From: Octopus sinensis
Taxonomy: Eukaryota
DNA: 64,000 nucleotides
Assembly: GCF_006345805.1 (NCBI RefSeq)
Contig: NC_043002.1
Span: 56,544,001 to 56,608,000, forward strand
Reading direction: 5' to 3'
Shown here: in pieces, positions 1-13,181 of the stretch
Numbering within the stretch: position 1 is the first letter of the stretch
How the letters are laid out: every line of letters begins with the position of its first letter
Notes under the pieces: model-generated
What the model saw: only the letters and a program-made list of their open reading frames with translations
Database searches by the model: none
Told to the model about the DNA's origin: nothing
Translations under genes and position numbers: made by a program

Positions 1-328
1 CAAACCTCTGCCAAGGCAACACCAACGTAATCTCAACGAATAGCCAGAGATGATTTTTAAAATGAGAATATCTGAAATAAACACGACTGCTCTCACAAAT
101 GAAACTACTAAAAATTAACCCGACCGCTCTCAAAAATTAAATAAACAGGAGAAATAATCCAGTACTGGATCAATCGCAAAATCTAATCAGTTCGTGCCAG
201 TCATGTAGCCAAACATCCCTAAAAGTTTCATCCAAATCCATCCAGTAGTTCTCGAGATATCTTGTCCACAGACAAACAAACAAACATGACTGAAAACAAT
301 ACCTCTGCATTCACTAAGGCAGAGGTGG
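1..328 (-). mobile_element. DINE-1/HINE-like (Helentron-associated) non-autonomous element
   Basis: ACCTCTGCC/GGCAGAGGT subterminal inverted motifs and (AAAC)n tract; reverse-complement homologue of 60611-60990. Confidence 0.6.
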
Positions 329-355
329 TAGTAGTAGTAGTAATAATAATAATAA

Positions 356-715
356 TGGGATTTCCCACTTCAAACAGATCAGGTGTTAGAGCATAACAGA
401 TCAGACTGAGTGGTGGTGGACAAGGTGCACCACACATGCTATATAGCTGATGTTGCATGCTCCTTTGACTCACAAATAGTCAAGAAGGAAGGCGTAAAGA
501 TAGATAAATACAACCCTCTTAAGTACGAAATAGCCTGGCTATGGAAAATGAAGAAGGTGAAGACAGTGTCAATTATTGTTGGGTTCACGGGGACAGTATC
601 AGAAGGCATCAAGGGGAATATAAGGGAAATTGGAATAGAGTGCCTGGTAGAACTGCTACAAAAGGTTTGCCTCCTTGGCATGGCCAGAATAATCTGGAAA
701 GTATTTGATAACTGA
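356..715 (+). pseudogene. R4/Dong-like non-LTR retrotransposon 3' fragment (restriction-like endonuclease)
   Basis: WDFPLQTD..HNRSD..VVVDK..CYIADVA..KIDKY..IIVG..GTV..LLQKVCLLGMARII, a degenerate PD-(D/E)xK RLE C-terminus; follows an (AAT)n tract. Confidence 0.8.
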
Positions 716-2061
716 AGATAACGGATAGCATGGTACCGTAGGCTGCAGGTAGTAAGCCTGCTATGCAAGGCTCCAAGAGCACCAACAAAACCTGTGATAA
801 AGAGAAATTTTGAATGAAGTGACCCCACTACTTCAAGCAGTGGTTTGGGACAAACACGAAGACAAATGCACACACACACACATACGAAGGGCTTCTTTCA
901 CTTTCCATCTACCAAATCCCTTCACAAGGTTTTGGTCAGCCCAAGTCTATAGTAGAAGATACTTGTTCAAAGTGCCATGCAGTGGGACTGAACCTGGAAC
1001 CATGTGATTGGGAAATAAACTTTTTATAATAAAGTCATGCCTGCGACTATATAGTGACTATCACAAGTTCTGCTTAGCCAAAAATTAGGGATTAAAAAAA
1101 AAGTTTAAAAAGACCAAAAAAAAAAAACCCCTTCAATTTTATTTCTTCTTATCTTTCAAACTGCAGTAAACTCAGCTTTATATATAAATAGATTGTGATT
1201 ATCTATAACAATCTTCTCAAAAATTGCTGCAGTTTATTGTTCATCTCTCAGGTCAACCTGACCACATAAGATATCAAAGATATTCTAGCCATGACCATCT
1301 TGCCTGTTTTCAGGCATAATATACACAGAGCCACATTATCCCATGAGTACTCTGAATCTTGAAGACAATAGGGTGATTTGGCTGCTATTTCTAGCAGTTA
1401 GTGGTCAGATAATGACACTCCTTAGTTGGCTCACGTAGGAAAAAATTAATGGTAGTAGTAGTGATTATGGTAATAGTTAAATGTAGTTATTTAACCCTAG
1501 GTCAGCGGTTTATCCAACAGGCCTATGATCAAAGAGGTCCCACTTACACAAAATTCAGTCTTTTTCTTAAAATCACACACACACATGCACACAACTGACA
1601 CAAAGAAAGGAAGAGAGACTTCAGAGAGTACAATCTTAATTACACTTCAAAAAAAAAAAAGACTGGATTGTCGTGGTTGGAATGCTTTTGAGCATAGGTC
1701 TACCAGATCAAGGATGATCAGGGCTAAACAACAAAAGCTATATCAGCCACCACCACCATCACCACTGCTACCACCATGTGACAGAATTCTTTTATTATTT
1801 TACTTGTTTGTTGTTTGACTGTGGCCATGCTGGAGAACCAACTTAAATCAACCTCAGGACTTATACTTTGGTAAGCCTAGTACTTATTGTATTGGTATCT
1901 CTTGCTGAACCGCTAAGTCACATGGACATAAACACACCAGCATTGGTTGTCAAGTGATGGTGGTGGTGGTTGGGGGGGGGGGACAAACACAAACATATAT
2001 ACACACACACACACACACACCACACACATATATGCATATATATATGCACACACACACACAT

Positions 2062-2480
2062 AGGTGCAGGCGCTGCTGTGTTGTAAGAAGTTTGCTTCCC
2101 AACCACATAATTCTGGGTTCAGTCCCACTGTGTGACACCTTGGGCAAGTGTCTTCTACTATAGTCACAGGCCAACCAAAGCCTTGTGAGTGGATTTGGTA
2201 AATGGAAACTGAAAGAAGCCTGTCGTATATATACACACACACACACATATATATATATATATGTATGTATGTATGTATTTGTGTGTTTGTGTTTGTTTCC
2301 CCACCATTGCTTGACAACCGATGTTGGTGTGTTTGTATCCTCATAAGTTAGCAATTTGGCAAAAGAGACCGATAGAATAAGTACTAGGCTTATAAAGAAT
2401 AAGTCCTGGGGTTGATTTGTCCAACTAAAGGCGGTGCTCCAGGATGGCCGCAGTCAAGTGACTGAAACAAGTAAAAGAAT
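2062..2480 (+). mobile_element. tRNA-derived SINE family A (head, CCTTGGGCAAGT core, (TA/TG)n, tail)
   Basis: A-box-like and GGTTCAGTCC B-box-like head. About 20 copies or fragments, e.g. 4690-5010, 6365-6770, 8092-8485, 23610-23910, 25365-25615, 35500-35850, 39870-40240, 50600-51085, 56150-56525, 61545-61835, 62910-63235. Confidence 0.9.
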
Positions 2481-3290
2481 AATTTGAAGTATTATCCAAC
2501 TATAAAAATGTAATAGGATTTATTTAAAACACTGAATAGGTATGAGGGTCCAGTAGAGTAGAATAAGGATGGAAGGGGTCCATAGGCAAGAAAAAAAAAA
2601 AAAGGTCAACAACCACTGCTTTGTATGGTCATACAACTTGCTAGAAATAGCAACTAAATCTCCTTCAGATCACTCTACTGCATTTAAAAATAAGAAGTAC
2701 GCACTAGATAATGTGGTTCGATGTACACTATGTTTGAGAGCAAACAGATTGGCCTTAGAATGACTTTGATACAAATCTATTGGTATTGTGAGTTACTTGT
2801 TCTGAAGCATTCAAATTTAGTCATCTGCAGTTCAGAAGCTGGAAGAGGAATGGCACCATTAACAGAAGTACTATTTTTGATGGTCTATAAGACACATGAG
2901 TGCATAGGATGCACCCTAGCCTAGGCTATACTTTTGTAAAATAAATTACCATAATATAATGTTTTAATTCCTCCTCTTACCTGTATAACTTTATGTTATT
3001 ACTGGTAATTATAAGCAATTTATTGCATCCACATTCGTTATTAACACACCCTAGGTGCTATAGTTCTATACTTAAGAGATGAGGAATTATGTACATTATT
3101 TATCTATGACCTTTGAGTTTCATAAACTTCTTAATCTGGCATGTCTTCACCATTTCAGATTCTTTCATGTATAACTTTTCTAGATCTTGTTAGATTCTCT
3201 TTCTATCATCATCTCTGGTTATTTTCCTAAGTAAATAATATACCCTAGGTGATTGTTCACCACTGGCAGCACACATTTTGTAAACATACA

Positions 3291-3399
3291 TACCGTTTTG
3301 AGCAAGTTCTGAGCCTATATTGAGTGCATTGGACGAAGGGGGATTTTTAAAGCCATTTTGGGTAAAAAAGGTGCGTCTTTTTGGCCATCAAATACGGTA
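3291..3399. mobile_element. Short pogo/Tigger-like MITE remnant
   Basis: Ends TACCGT...AATACGGTA with subterminal GGTGCGTCTT. Confidence 0.4.
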
Positions 3400-3429
3400 T
3401 ATGTCACTCACTTCAATACAAACATATAT

Positions 3430-3965
3430 ATATATATAAATGGAGTTAAACACAGGTGTTATTCAAATTCTTTTACTTCCGATACATGTTTCGAAGATAT
3501 CACTGGTATTATTCCAAACCAATAAAATGGTGTAAAACAATGTAATCTTCTCTTCTGGGAAATGAAGAAATAAAACTCGTGAATAAGAAATTTTAACAGA
3601 AAATGATGGATATGTATAATCACCATACATATCCATCATTTTCTGTTAAAATGTCTTATTGACGAGTTTCATTTCTTCACTTCCCTGAAGAGAAGATTAC
3701 ATTGTTTTACACCATTTTATTCCTTTGGAATAATACCAGTGATATCTTCAAAACATGTATTGGAAGTAAAAGAAATTGAATAACACCTGCTTTTAACCCC
3801 ATTTATATATTTGTATATATATTATACAAAATATTTCATGTAAACCTGAAGTTTCTAACTTTAAAAGCAAGGACTTACAACCTTTTTACTTGTGTGATTT
3901 TTTGCTACCTGGGTAACTATTTATCTATTTTTTCTGTGTTAATTGTCAACAAGGGAAAAATACAC
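3430..3965. mobile_element. Fold-back element with an HHR-like motif in each arm (Penelope-like terminal-repeat derivative)
   Basis: About 185-bp inverted arms 3430-3810 centred near 3621; the tail 3884-3965 recurs at 59160-59240. Confidence 0.75.
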
Positions 3966-5483
3966 ACACACACACACACATATGTATGCATGTATAACAA
4001 GTAAGAAAAAGAGAAACTGGAATTCACAAGATTCTTTATTAAGCACAATGATTGATTTACGACCCATCTTGCATTTGGTCCCTTGTAGGTGAGATACTGT
4101 ACAACTGGTTATGGTGCATCATTTGGTGCAGATGTCTTGTCAGATGACTTTTCAAGAGATAAATGAAGAATCTCGTGAATTGTATTTTCTCTTTCTCTCA
4201 CTTTTTATATACTGAGGAATTCCTGAAGTAAATCCCATGGCATTTATATCCATACTATTGATGACATCAGATAGTTGTAGACAGTGAAAGTGCTTTAATC
4301 AACATACTACCAGTTGTATACCCCAGTTTTCTTCTTCATCATCATCATTTAACATCTGCTTTCCATGCTGGCATGGGTTAGATGATTTGACTGGAACTGG
4401 TAAGTCAGAGAGTTGTACCAGGTTCCAGTCTGATTTTGGCTTGGTTTCTACAGCTGGATGCCCTTCCTAATGCGAACCACTCCAAGAGTGTAGTGGGTGC
4501 CTTTTATGTGTCACTGGCACTGGCTATGATTTCACATGGTTTGATGTCTTCTCAAGCACAGCAAATCAGTAAAGGTCTCAATCACTTGTCATCACCTCTG
4601 TCAGATTCAACAACTGAAGATCATGCTTCACCACATCATCCTATCTCTTCCTGGGTCTACTTCTTCCATGTGCTAAGAAACTGGTTCATTCATTCTGCAT
4701 GGCACCTTGAGCAAGTCTCTTCTACTAAATCCTTGGGTCAACCAAAGCCTTGTGAATGGATTTGGTAGACAAAACCTGAACGGAGCCTGTTGTATATGTG
4801 TGTGTGTGTCTTTGCATCTGTGTTTGTCTCCCACCACTGCTTGACAACCAGTGTTGGTGTGTTTGTGTTTCCATAAGTTAGTGGTTCAGCCAGAGAGAAG
4901 GATAGAATAAATACCATTAAAAAAAAAAAAGTACTTGGGTCAATTCGTTTGACTATAAAATTCTTCAAGTCAGTGCCCCAACATGGCCACAGTCTAATGA
5001 TTGCAGCAAGTAATACACACACACACGTGGCTGAGTTCCTTTCGAGTGTTGGGCCTCATGGAGGCAATGACCAAGATCCTTGGCATTATGCCATGCTTGA
5101 GTAGAAGACCCATCATGCCGAGCAAAATTGCAGTTATGGCAGATACTAGTGCCACACAAATGGCAACTATGCCAGTGGCATGTAAAAGCACCCATTACAC
5201 TCTTGGAGTGGCTGGTGTTAGGAAGGACATCCAGCCATAGAAAACCATGCCAAATCAGACTGCAGTCAGATGCAGCCTTCCAGTTTGCCAGCCCTGGTCA
5301 AACTGTCCAACCCATGCTAGCACGGACAACGGACGTTAAATGATGATGATGATGATGGTGATATGCAACTATCTGTTAGACTATGTTTCTGCTTAAAAAC
5401 ACATACACATGCAAACTAAATCTGTAGATCTGTCAAATCCAGATATCAGTGGATAGATAAAAAGAATTTATATAAGCACACAC

Positions 5484-5522
<39 letters not shown>

Positions 5523-5647
5523 TGCTTGCTTTTATGTCAAATTAATATAAAACAATTTATTAAACTAAAGGATTACACAGTTATATGAAGATAAGCAAAC
5601 TGAAACTTTGAAGTCACTGTCAATCTTTTCCTTGCAAAAGTTGTGTG

Positions 5648-5684
<37 letters not shown>

Positions 5685-6139
5685 ATACACACAGAAAGAT
5701 AGATAAGATTAGATATTAGACAGATAAGCAAATAGAAAAATTAGTGCACTTTCAACAAAAAGATTCTTGCTGCACACCAACCACCACAGTCATTGCCATT
5801 GCCGCCACCGCCACCGCCACCACAGTTGCTGCTGCCACCACCACCGCCGTTATTACTACTGCGTTCAGAACACTGATATGATGTGAGTGAATCAAGGTCA
5901 AACAGAGACAATTACAAGTAGACAAGTGAAGTCAAAGCTATGTCCATGATCTACATACAACAACAATAATAATGATAATAATAATTACTGCTATCAAAGA
6001 GGCGGTGGAGAGCTGATGGGGTGAGGTGGGGGAGCAGCAGCAGTAAGACAATTCCACAGATTTTTTTTTCTTTTATATTTTGTTGACTTGTTTTCTTTAA
6101 CAAAGACCCAGTCAAACCAGAAACTTCAGTCTCTGCACA

Positions 6140-6186
<47 letters not shown>

Positions 6187-6785
6187 TGTGTGTGTGTGTG
6201 TGTGTACACAATATGTAAGAGAGACAGAAGAGGGGAAGTGAAAAAGAGGAGAGAAAGAGAGAGGGAGAAACAGATGCAATGATAGAGAGATTAGACAGAG
6301 GAAAATACATATAAAATAAGAGAAACAACAGGCAAATACACACACACACACACACACACAAGTAAGCTTTTATCTCTTACATCAGTCATTGGACTGTGGC
6401 CATGCTGGAGCACCAACTCGAAGGTTTTAGTGACACAAACCAACCCCAGGACTTATGTTCTTTTTTTTTCTGTTGAAAGTCTGGTACTTATTCCATCAGT
6501 CTCTTTTGCTGGACTGCGAAGTTGAGGGGATGTAAACAAACCAACACTGGTTGTCATGTGGTGTGTGTGTGCGTGCATGTGCATTTGTGCAAGGCAGAGT
6601 TGACAAATGCATTGACATATACACATACGATTGGATTCCATACAGTTTCCATTTACCACATTCACTCACAAAACATTGGCTGACCCAAGGCTTTAGTGGA
6701 AAAGACAGTTGCCGAGTGGGATTGAACATAGTTGCAGAGTGAACTTCTTAACTACACAACTATGCCTGCACCTTGTGTGTGTGAG

Positions 6786-6827
<42 letters not shown>

Positions 6828-7597
6828 GGCATGAAGGTATTGGTGAGAGAGAAACATAAAGACAAAAAGACAGACTGAGATATCAACAGCAACATTATCC
6901 ATTTATGTCTGCTTTTCTATGCTGGTATGGGTTGGATGGGACATTGTTGTGTGAGCTGGCTCTTATTTGGAGCTGCTGTACTTTCAGACTGGATAGGGAC
7001 CACACTGCACAACAACATCGTCCATTTTTGGCAGGGTTTTTAAGGTGGGATGCCCTTTATAATGCCAACCATTTTACAGAGTTTACTGGTACATATTATT
7101 GTGACATCGGTGCTGGAGAAGTTGTCTTGCCCCCTGGTAAGACTAAGCAGTCCTTTTGATCCTGTGGTGTTTCCACTTGTTTGGAGGTAACATGAATGCG
7201 AGGATGGGCAGAAGGGAAAGTGATGCAGGAGAGAAAAACCATGGAAAGAAAACGACAAAAAAGAAACAGTGTGAGGGAGGAGGAAAGAGTGGTTGTTGGT
7301 GAAGAGACTGAACAGCGAATAATGAGTGATGTGATGGATGGGAAGAAGACAGGGTGATGGACGAAGACAGGGTGAGACAGAGAGAAAGCGATGGCTAGCA
7401 ATAAAGGAGGGTATGGTAAGTAGGACTAAATACAGACTGATCCAGTGTCATCTTTTGAAGAGGTAGTTATGAGGAGGATGAGGACTGGAGTGAAGGAGGA
7501 TGGTAGGGAGTGTGGTGAATTCAGGAAACTTCCACTGTTATCCCTGGTTTATATAGGCCATGTGGTGAAGTGAGAGAAGAGAGACCACACACACGCG

Positions 7598-7628
<31 letters not shown>

Positions 7629-7920
7629 TACATTAAAGGTATTACTATACATAAATGCCTCACGCTATAGTACATAGAATTGTTCACACGTATATATCTA
7701 TGTAAAAGGCGGGCTTTTCGAATTGCATCTCAGTACACGTGTTTATTCAGAACAAAATTCAGCACTGAATACATTCCCGTTAAATTTACAATTTTAAAAT
7801 AGGATAAAATCTTTACAAGAAATATCTAAGTAGTTAGCATGAAAAACCTCATCGGGGAAAAATTTATTAATTATTCCCTTTAAATATATTTATTTATATT
7901 AAGGGCATTACTATATATAT

Positions 7921-8093
7921 GAGGCTTGGAGAAGCCATTATGAAAGACTGCTGAATGTGGAGAGCCTGCCAAATGTTGAGCCAGTAGAGGGACCAGCTAT
8001 CCGAATAGACAGCTCCCTTGTAGTTAAGGCAATTAAAGGTATGAAACCAGGTAAAGCCCCCGGCCCATCAGGAATCACTGCTGAGATGCTTAA
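7921..8093 (+). pseudogene. RTE LINE ORF fragment (region before the RT domain)
   Basis: EAWRSHYERLLNVE..VEGPAIRIDSSLVVKAIKGMKPGKAPGPSGITAEMLK (KAPGPDG-type motif). Confidence 0.8.
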
Positions 8094-8242
8094 ATCGACC
8101 CCAGGACTTATTCTTTGTAAGCCTAGTACTTATTCTATTGGTTTCTTTTTCTGAACCGCTAAGTTACGGGGACGCAAACACACCAGCATCGGTTGTCAAG
8201 CGATGTTGGGGGGACAATAACAGACACACAAACATATACACG

Positions 8243-8318
<76 letters not shown>

Positions 8319-8543
8319 TATGACGGGCTTCTTTCAGTTTCCTTTTACCAAATCCACTCACGAGGCTTTGGTTGGCCCAAGGCTATAGTAGAAGACACTT
8401 GCCCAAGGTGCCACGCAGTGGTACTGAACCCGGAACCATGTGGTTCGTAAGCAAGCTACTTACCACACAGCCACTCCTATGCCTATCCACAAAGCCTACC
8501 TGTTTCAATTAGACTACAGTCTTGCTGGGGCACTGCACATACA

Positions 8544-8606
<63 letters not shown>

Positions 8607-8700
8607 TTTATGGTCTTATATTGTGCTTAGCTGCTTATATTAATTTGTAGAATACACATTAGCATTTTGCTAAATCAGTTATAAATCTAAATGGCAAATA

Positions 8701-8834
8701 TATATACTGACAGATCAGTTTAGCAAAAACCATCCGAGCAATGGTGTAGGCACTGCTGACAAGTCTATAACTGATAGACAAAACTAGTCTAGTCCATGCT
8801 CATGGGGTGGTTATCTCCCCTGTCAGTGTATATA
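8701..8834. repeat. Small inverted-repeat element (possible MITE)
   Basis: TATATACTGACAG ... CTGTCAGTGTATATA. Confidence 0.35.
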
Positions 8835-8888
8835 TGTACTGTGTTCTTCATACAGTATGAAGAGTTTTAACTCTTATTTCTTGCAATA

Positions 8889-9749
8889 TACATGGTCTGA
8901 TCAACAAGTATCCAGACTGTTTCCATAGTAACGAAGCTAAAGCATGCAGAGTGAAGTCACTTGGCACAGATTGACCTTGAAATCTGCTGTGCATGTGAAC
9001 TAAGTTTTAACATTCTAGCTGATTTCCACTGTTTACAGCAGTGCTTGGAAGGAAGGTGCGTAGCCTGTGAGTGTTGCATTGACCATGACAGAGAAAGCTG
9101 AGCAGAGAATCTGCATCAAAGTTTGCCAAAAGCTTGACAATACCTGCTCAGAGGCCTATGCAAAGTTTTTATTGTTCTCGACACAATCAAGGAGGTTTTG
9201 GGCAACTGAAATCTGAGCGCCTTTTTGGTCAGCTGAAATCAGTTTTAGCACAAAGTTGGCAGACAAGTGTCTCATACCCAAATCTTCAGTGATAATGGAT
9301 TGAATGGAACCGTAACTAATCTGCACATCTTCTGATAACACATGAATGGTGATTCAATGATTTCCCCTCATGTGATGTTTTCCTCAGTTCTGCTGGTTGC
9401 AGGTTTACCAGAATGTTTGTCACTATCGACTGTTTTTGGCCATCTTGGAAACGTCTGAAACATTTGTACACTTGTGTGCGGTTCATACACTCCTCTCCAT
9501 ACACTTTATGCAACTTTGTATAGGTCTCTGAGCAGGTATTGCCGTTCTCTGTTATGGTTAAGGCAATGATCACATGCTACACACCTTCCTTCCAAGCATT
9601 ACTGTAAACAGTAGAAATGCACTAGAATGTTAAAACTTAGTGCACTTGCACAGCAGAGTTCAAGGTCAATTTTCCCCAAGTGGTTTCACTCTGTGTGCTT
9701 TAGCTTTGTTACTATGGCAACAGTCTGGTTACTTATTGATCAGACTTTA
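8889..9749. mobile_element. Mariner derivative with two 5' ends in inverted orientation
   Basis: GGTCTGATCAA(C/T)AAGTA termini and roughly 250-bp inverted arms. Plus strand MTEKAEQRICIKVCQKLDNTCSEAYAK; minus strand ETYTKLHKVYGEECMNRTQVYKCFRRFQDG and ISYGSIQSIITEDLGMRHLSANFVLKL (mariner HTH region). Confidence 0.85.
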
Positions 9750-9889
9750 TCGGTGCTATTTAGTACCCTCAGTCACAATTAGTGATGATTAAATTTTTCC
9801 TTTATTGTGCCTAGCTGCTTATATTTTATATATTGGCAAGCATCAATTGTGGACATGGTGTGGATTAAAAAAAAAAAAAAATATCCTTA

Positions 9890-10290
9890 CTCTCTTTTAC
9901 TCTTTTACTTGTTTCAGTCATTTGACTGCGGCCATGCTGGAACACCGCCTTTAGTCAAGCAAATCGACCCCGGGACTTATTCTTTGTAAGCCCAGTACTT
10001 ATTCTATCGGTCTCTTTTGCCGAACCGCTAAGTGACGGGGACGTAAACACACCAGCATCGGTTGTCAAGCAATGCTAGGGGGACAAACACAGACACACAA
10101 ACACATACACACATATATATATATATATACATATATACGACAGGCTTCTTTCAGTTTCCGTCTACCAAGTCCACTCACAAGGCATTGGTCGGCCCGGGGC
10201 TATAGCAGAAGACATTTGCCCAAGATGCCACGCAGTGGGACTGAACCCGGAACCATGTGGTTGGTTAGCAAGCTACCTACCACACAGCCA
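9890..10290 (-). mobile_element. Young, near-intact copy of SINE family A
   Basis: Complete structure with CpGs retained and an AAAAGAGT repeat tail. Confidence 0.9.
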
Positions 10291-10499
10291 CTAATTGTAA
10301 AGTTCATGAATTCATCTAAAGAAAACAGTGTTTTATAATGATCTAATTTGCTCATTGATCAATTAAAAAATTCATTAGAAACAGCTGTAATGAATTGACA
10401 CCGATCCATCGTTTGTTATTTATTTATTTACACACGCACACACATCCTTCATTACCACCATTTTAATGTTCATTTTGTTATGCTTGCATGGAGTGGTCA

Positions 10500-10760
10500 A
10501 TTTTCTCCAGCACCACCTATTACCACTCTTCATAGTTCTGTGCATTGCTTTCCAGCTTTTAAGGCCCACATCTTACTATTATGTAGCAGTTTGTACAGAA
10601 GAATTACACAATCTGCACTTGACTCTGAGAGAGAAACCCTTTTGTCATTAACAGAAGTAATAGCTCTGAACTTTATCATCCATTTTTACTTGGGTAACCA
10701 TGCTCTTGGAACACCCACATACAAAGCTAATTAGGTCACCAATTTGGTAAAAGCTATCAA
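10500..10760 (-). pseudogene. Degenerate RTE fragment
   Basis: KGFSLRVKCRL resembles KGLLLKVKGRLY of the RTE copy near 43660-43700. Confidence 0.5.
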
Positions 10761-10820
10761 CTACTATGGAGTCTATTGAGCATTTGAAGAAATCTATTTT
10801 CCTTGAACTGTCACTGTTGG

Positions 10821-10876
<56 letters not shown>

Positions 10877-11847
10877 ATCTGTCACAAACAAAGCCTACCT
10901 TCACTGTCAGCCTGCATGGGGTGCCACTACATCTCTTGTTCAGGCACTGAGTACATTACATGGAATTTCTACCAACTCATTTTCTGTATATTCCCAAGGA
11001 AATGATTCCTTTCGGGACCCATAGTCTTGCAAGCTGTATGGTGACTCCACTAGTGCTGGTGGTACATAAAGAGCACCCAGTACATGCTGTAAAGTGGTTG
11101 GCATTAGGAAGGTGCATCCATCCTTTGAAACCGTGTCAAAGCAAACACTGAAGAATGCTGCAGTTCTTGACCCCATTGGATCCTGTCAAACCATTCAACT
11201 CATGCCAGCAAGGAATATGCAAGTTAAATGAAGATATGTGTGTGTGTGATAGAAGTAGCCATGTACCAAGTGAGCAGTGGTAATTAGCCCTTTATGGGTC
11301 CTGTGTATCATATGTGATGCAAAGAAAGGACACATTTTCTTGGCATCCATGCATCATTTATGATACACATTTCCCATTTCTTTTCAACCACCAGAATAAC
11401 TTGGGACTTATGAAAGGCAAGCTTTATATTATTCAAAATGTATGAAACACAGAGTAACTAAAAGCTTGAAAACAAGAAGGAATGTTTAGGACAAACTTAT
11501 GAAAATGCTTTGGATAAGCTAAGGGATAACTATATGATGTGGTACTCAAATGGCCGTTACTAATAATCTATAGATTAAAAATGTCTTTCTCTGCCAATAT
11601 GAATTAAATGAAACAACAACAGAGTCTTGTCTCTCTCTGTCTACTTGTGTGTGTGTCATCTTTACCAATTCTCCTGTGAATTTACTTTCAGATCACAGAA
11701 TATAATGGTGTCCACATTATAAAGTGATTTACATCAACAATCTCTCTGAAGTGAAACAACTGAATACAAGCTGTTTTAGAAGCAAGACACCATTCTAACA
11801 GGAATAACTAACAGATGTTTCGGTGGATTTAAAAAAACAATTTCTGT

Positions 11848-12075
11848 TTAACCCTTTAGTATTCAGGTTACTGCCAAATATAACACTTATAAAGGCACAT
11901 TGCTTTGAATTAATCATGCATTATATCACTTAGCTTTGAAATTTCAATGAGGTGGTTATTTATTTTTAAAATGACATTGTAGGGTAGGTGTGAGAGTCTG
12001 GATCTGGTTAGTTTGAACATAAAACAACAAGAATATTTAGATTGGATAAGGCAGGTTTAAATGCTCATGGTCTAA
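11848..12075. mobile_element. piggyBac-type MITE family B
   Basis: TTAA-CCCTTTAG start; related copies at 18063-18291, 33956-34137, 55329-55522. Confidence 0.7.
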
Positions 12076-12536
12076 CCCAAGGTTTTCTCAAATGAACAAT
12101 CTTGTGATCAGAAGCAAACAATGACCATTCCATCATATTTTCAACAACTGCACTGTTTGGTGTATTCTTTTTTCATTGATGGTAAATGATTTAGCAACTA
12201 TTTCTAGCAGGTCACATGACTACATGACTCCCGCATATATTAAACTGAGACAGTGAATTGGCAGGGTTGCTGAAGCAGTGGATAAATTGCTTAGCAGTAA
12301 TTATACTAGCTCTTTGCCCTCTGAGTTCAAATTCCATCAAGGCTGACTTTGCTTTTTATCCTTCTGGGGTCCATAAGTAACAGCAGACTGGCAAGAATGT
12401 TAAAGCACTGGTCAAGAAATCTTTTAGTACTTATTCTTGGTTTTTTGTGTTCTGAGTTCAAATTCTGCCATGGCTTATGTGGGTAATAGACCTAATCTGT
12501 TACTTGGTTTAACACCACTGCTTGGCCCCTAACAAA

Positions 12537-12800
12537 GGTATGTGGCCTAGTGGTTAGGGTGCTGTACTCATGAGCATGAGATTGTGGTTTCAGTTTCTGG
12601 ACTGAGCAGTGCATTGTGTCCTTGAGCAAAACACTTTCCTGTTGCTCCACTCCACTCAGCTGTAAATGTGTTCCAGCAATAGCTGGGGAGTTAGCTCTGC
12701 GACTCATGTCCCATTCAAGGGAGTGTTGTAATCTCAGTCACTTATATATTATGGAAACCTTATGGGTCTTATGGGTCCTAGGGCTCATGACAGACCTTAA
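12537..12800 (+). mobile_element. tRNA-derived SINE family D
   Basis: GTGGCCTAGTGGTTAGGG A-box head and TGTGTCCTTGAGCAA core. Relatives at 26490-26765, 30500-30710, 32697-33000(-), 34236-34575(-), 39025-39228. Confidence 0.7.
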
Positions 12801-12939
12801 TCTAAATCTTGGTCCCTGGGTACCTTTAGTAAAGTCCACTCTTTCAGAAGGATTTAGACTACTTGCCTAGAACCTGTCATCATTTCTCTGAACCACCCCT
12901 CCCCACTGGTGCTCCCCTATATTTCTGCACCCCACCCCA

Positions 12940-13181
12940 CATAAAAAGCACCATCCGAACGTGGCCGATGCCAGACCCCTCTGGCACCTGTGCAGGTGGC
13001 ACGTAAAAAACACCCACTACACTCGCGGAGTGGTTGGCGTTAGGAAGGGCATCCAGCTGTAGAAACACTGCCAGACTAGACTGGAGCCTGGGGCAGTCCC
13101 GAGCTCCCCAGACCCCGGTCGAAACCGTCCAACCCGTGCTAGCGCGGAAAACGGACGTTAAACGATGATGATGATGATGAT
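12940..13181 (+). mobile_element. RTE 3'-UTR/tail repeat ending in (GAT)n
   Basis: Same sequence as the 3' end of the RTE at 42900-43080. Many copies, e.g. 4335-4650, 5030-5360, 13470-13745, 18780-19092, 20762-21110, 33090-33510, 55670-56020, 57385-57612. Confidence 0.85.

Noticed and set aside
2797-2884. Possible minus-strand exon TIKNSTSVNGAIPLP...
   Set aside because: No similarity to the expected next THOC7 exon, and the donor is weak.
4005-4200. Short imperfect inverted repeat
   Set aside because: Real but only about 30 bp, with no TSD or core motif allowing classification.
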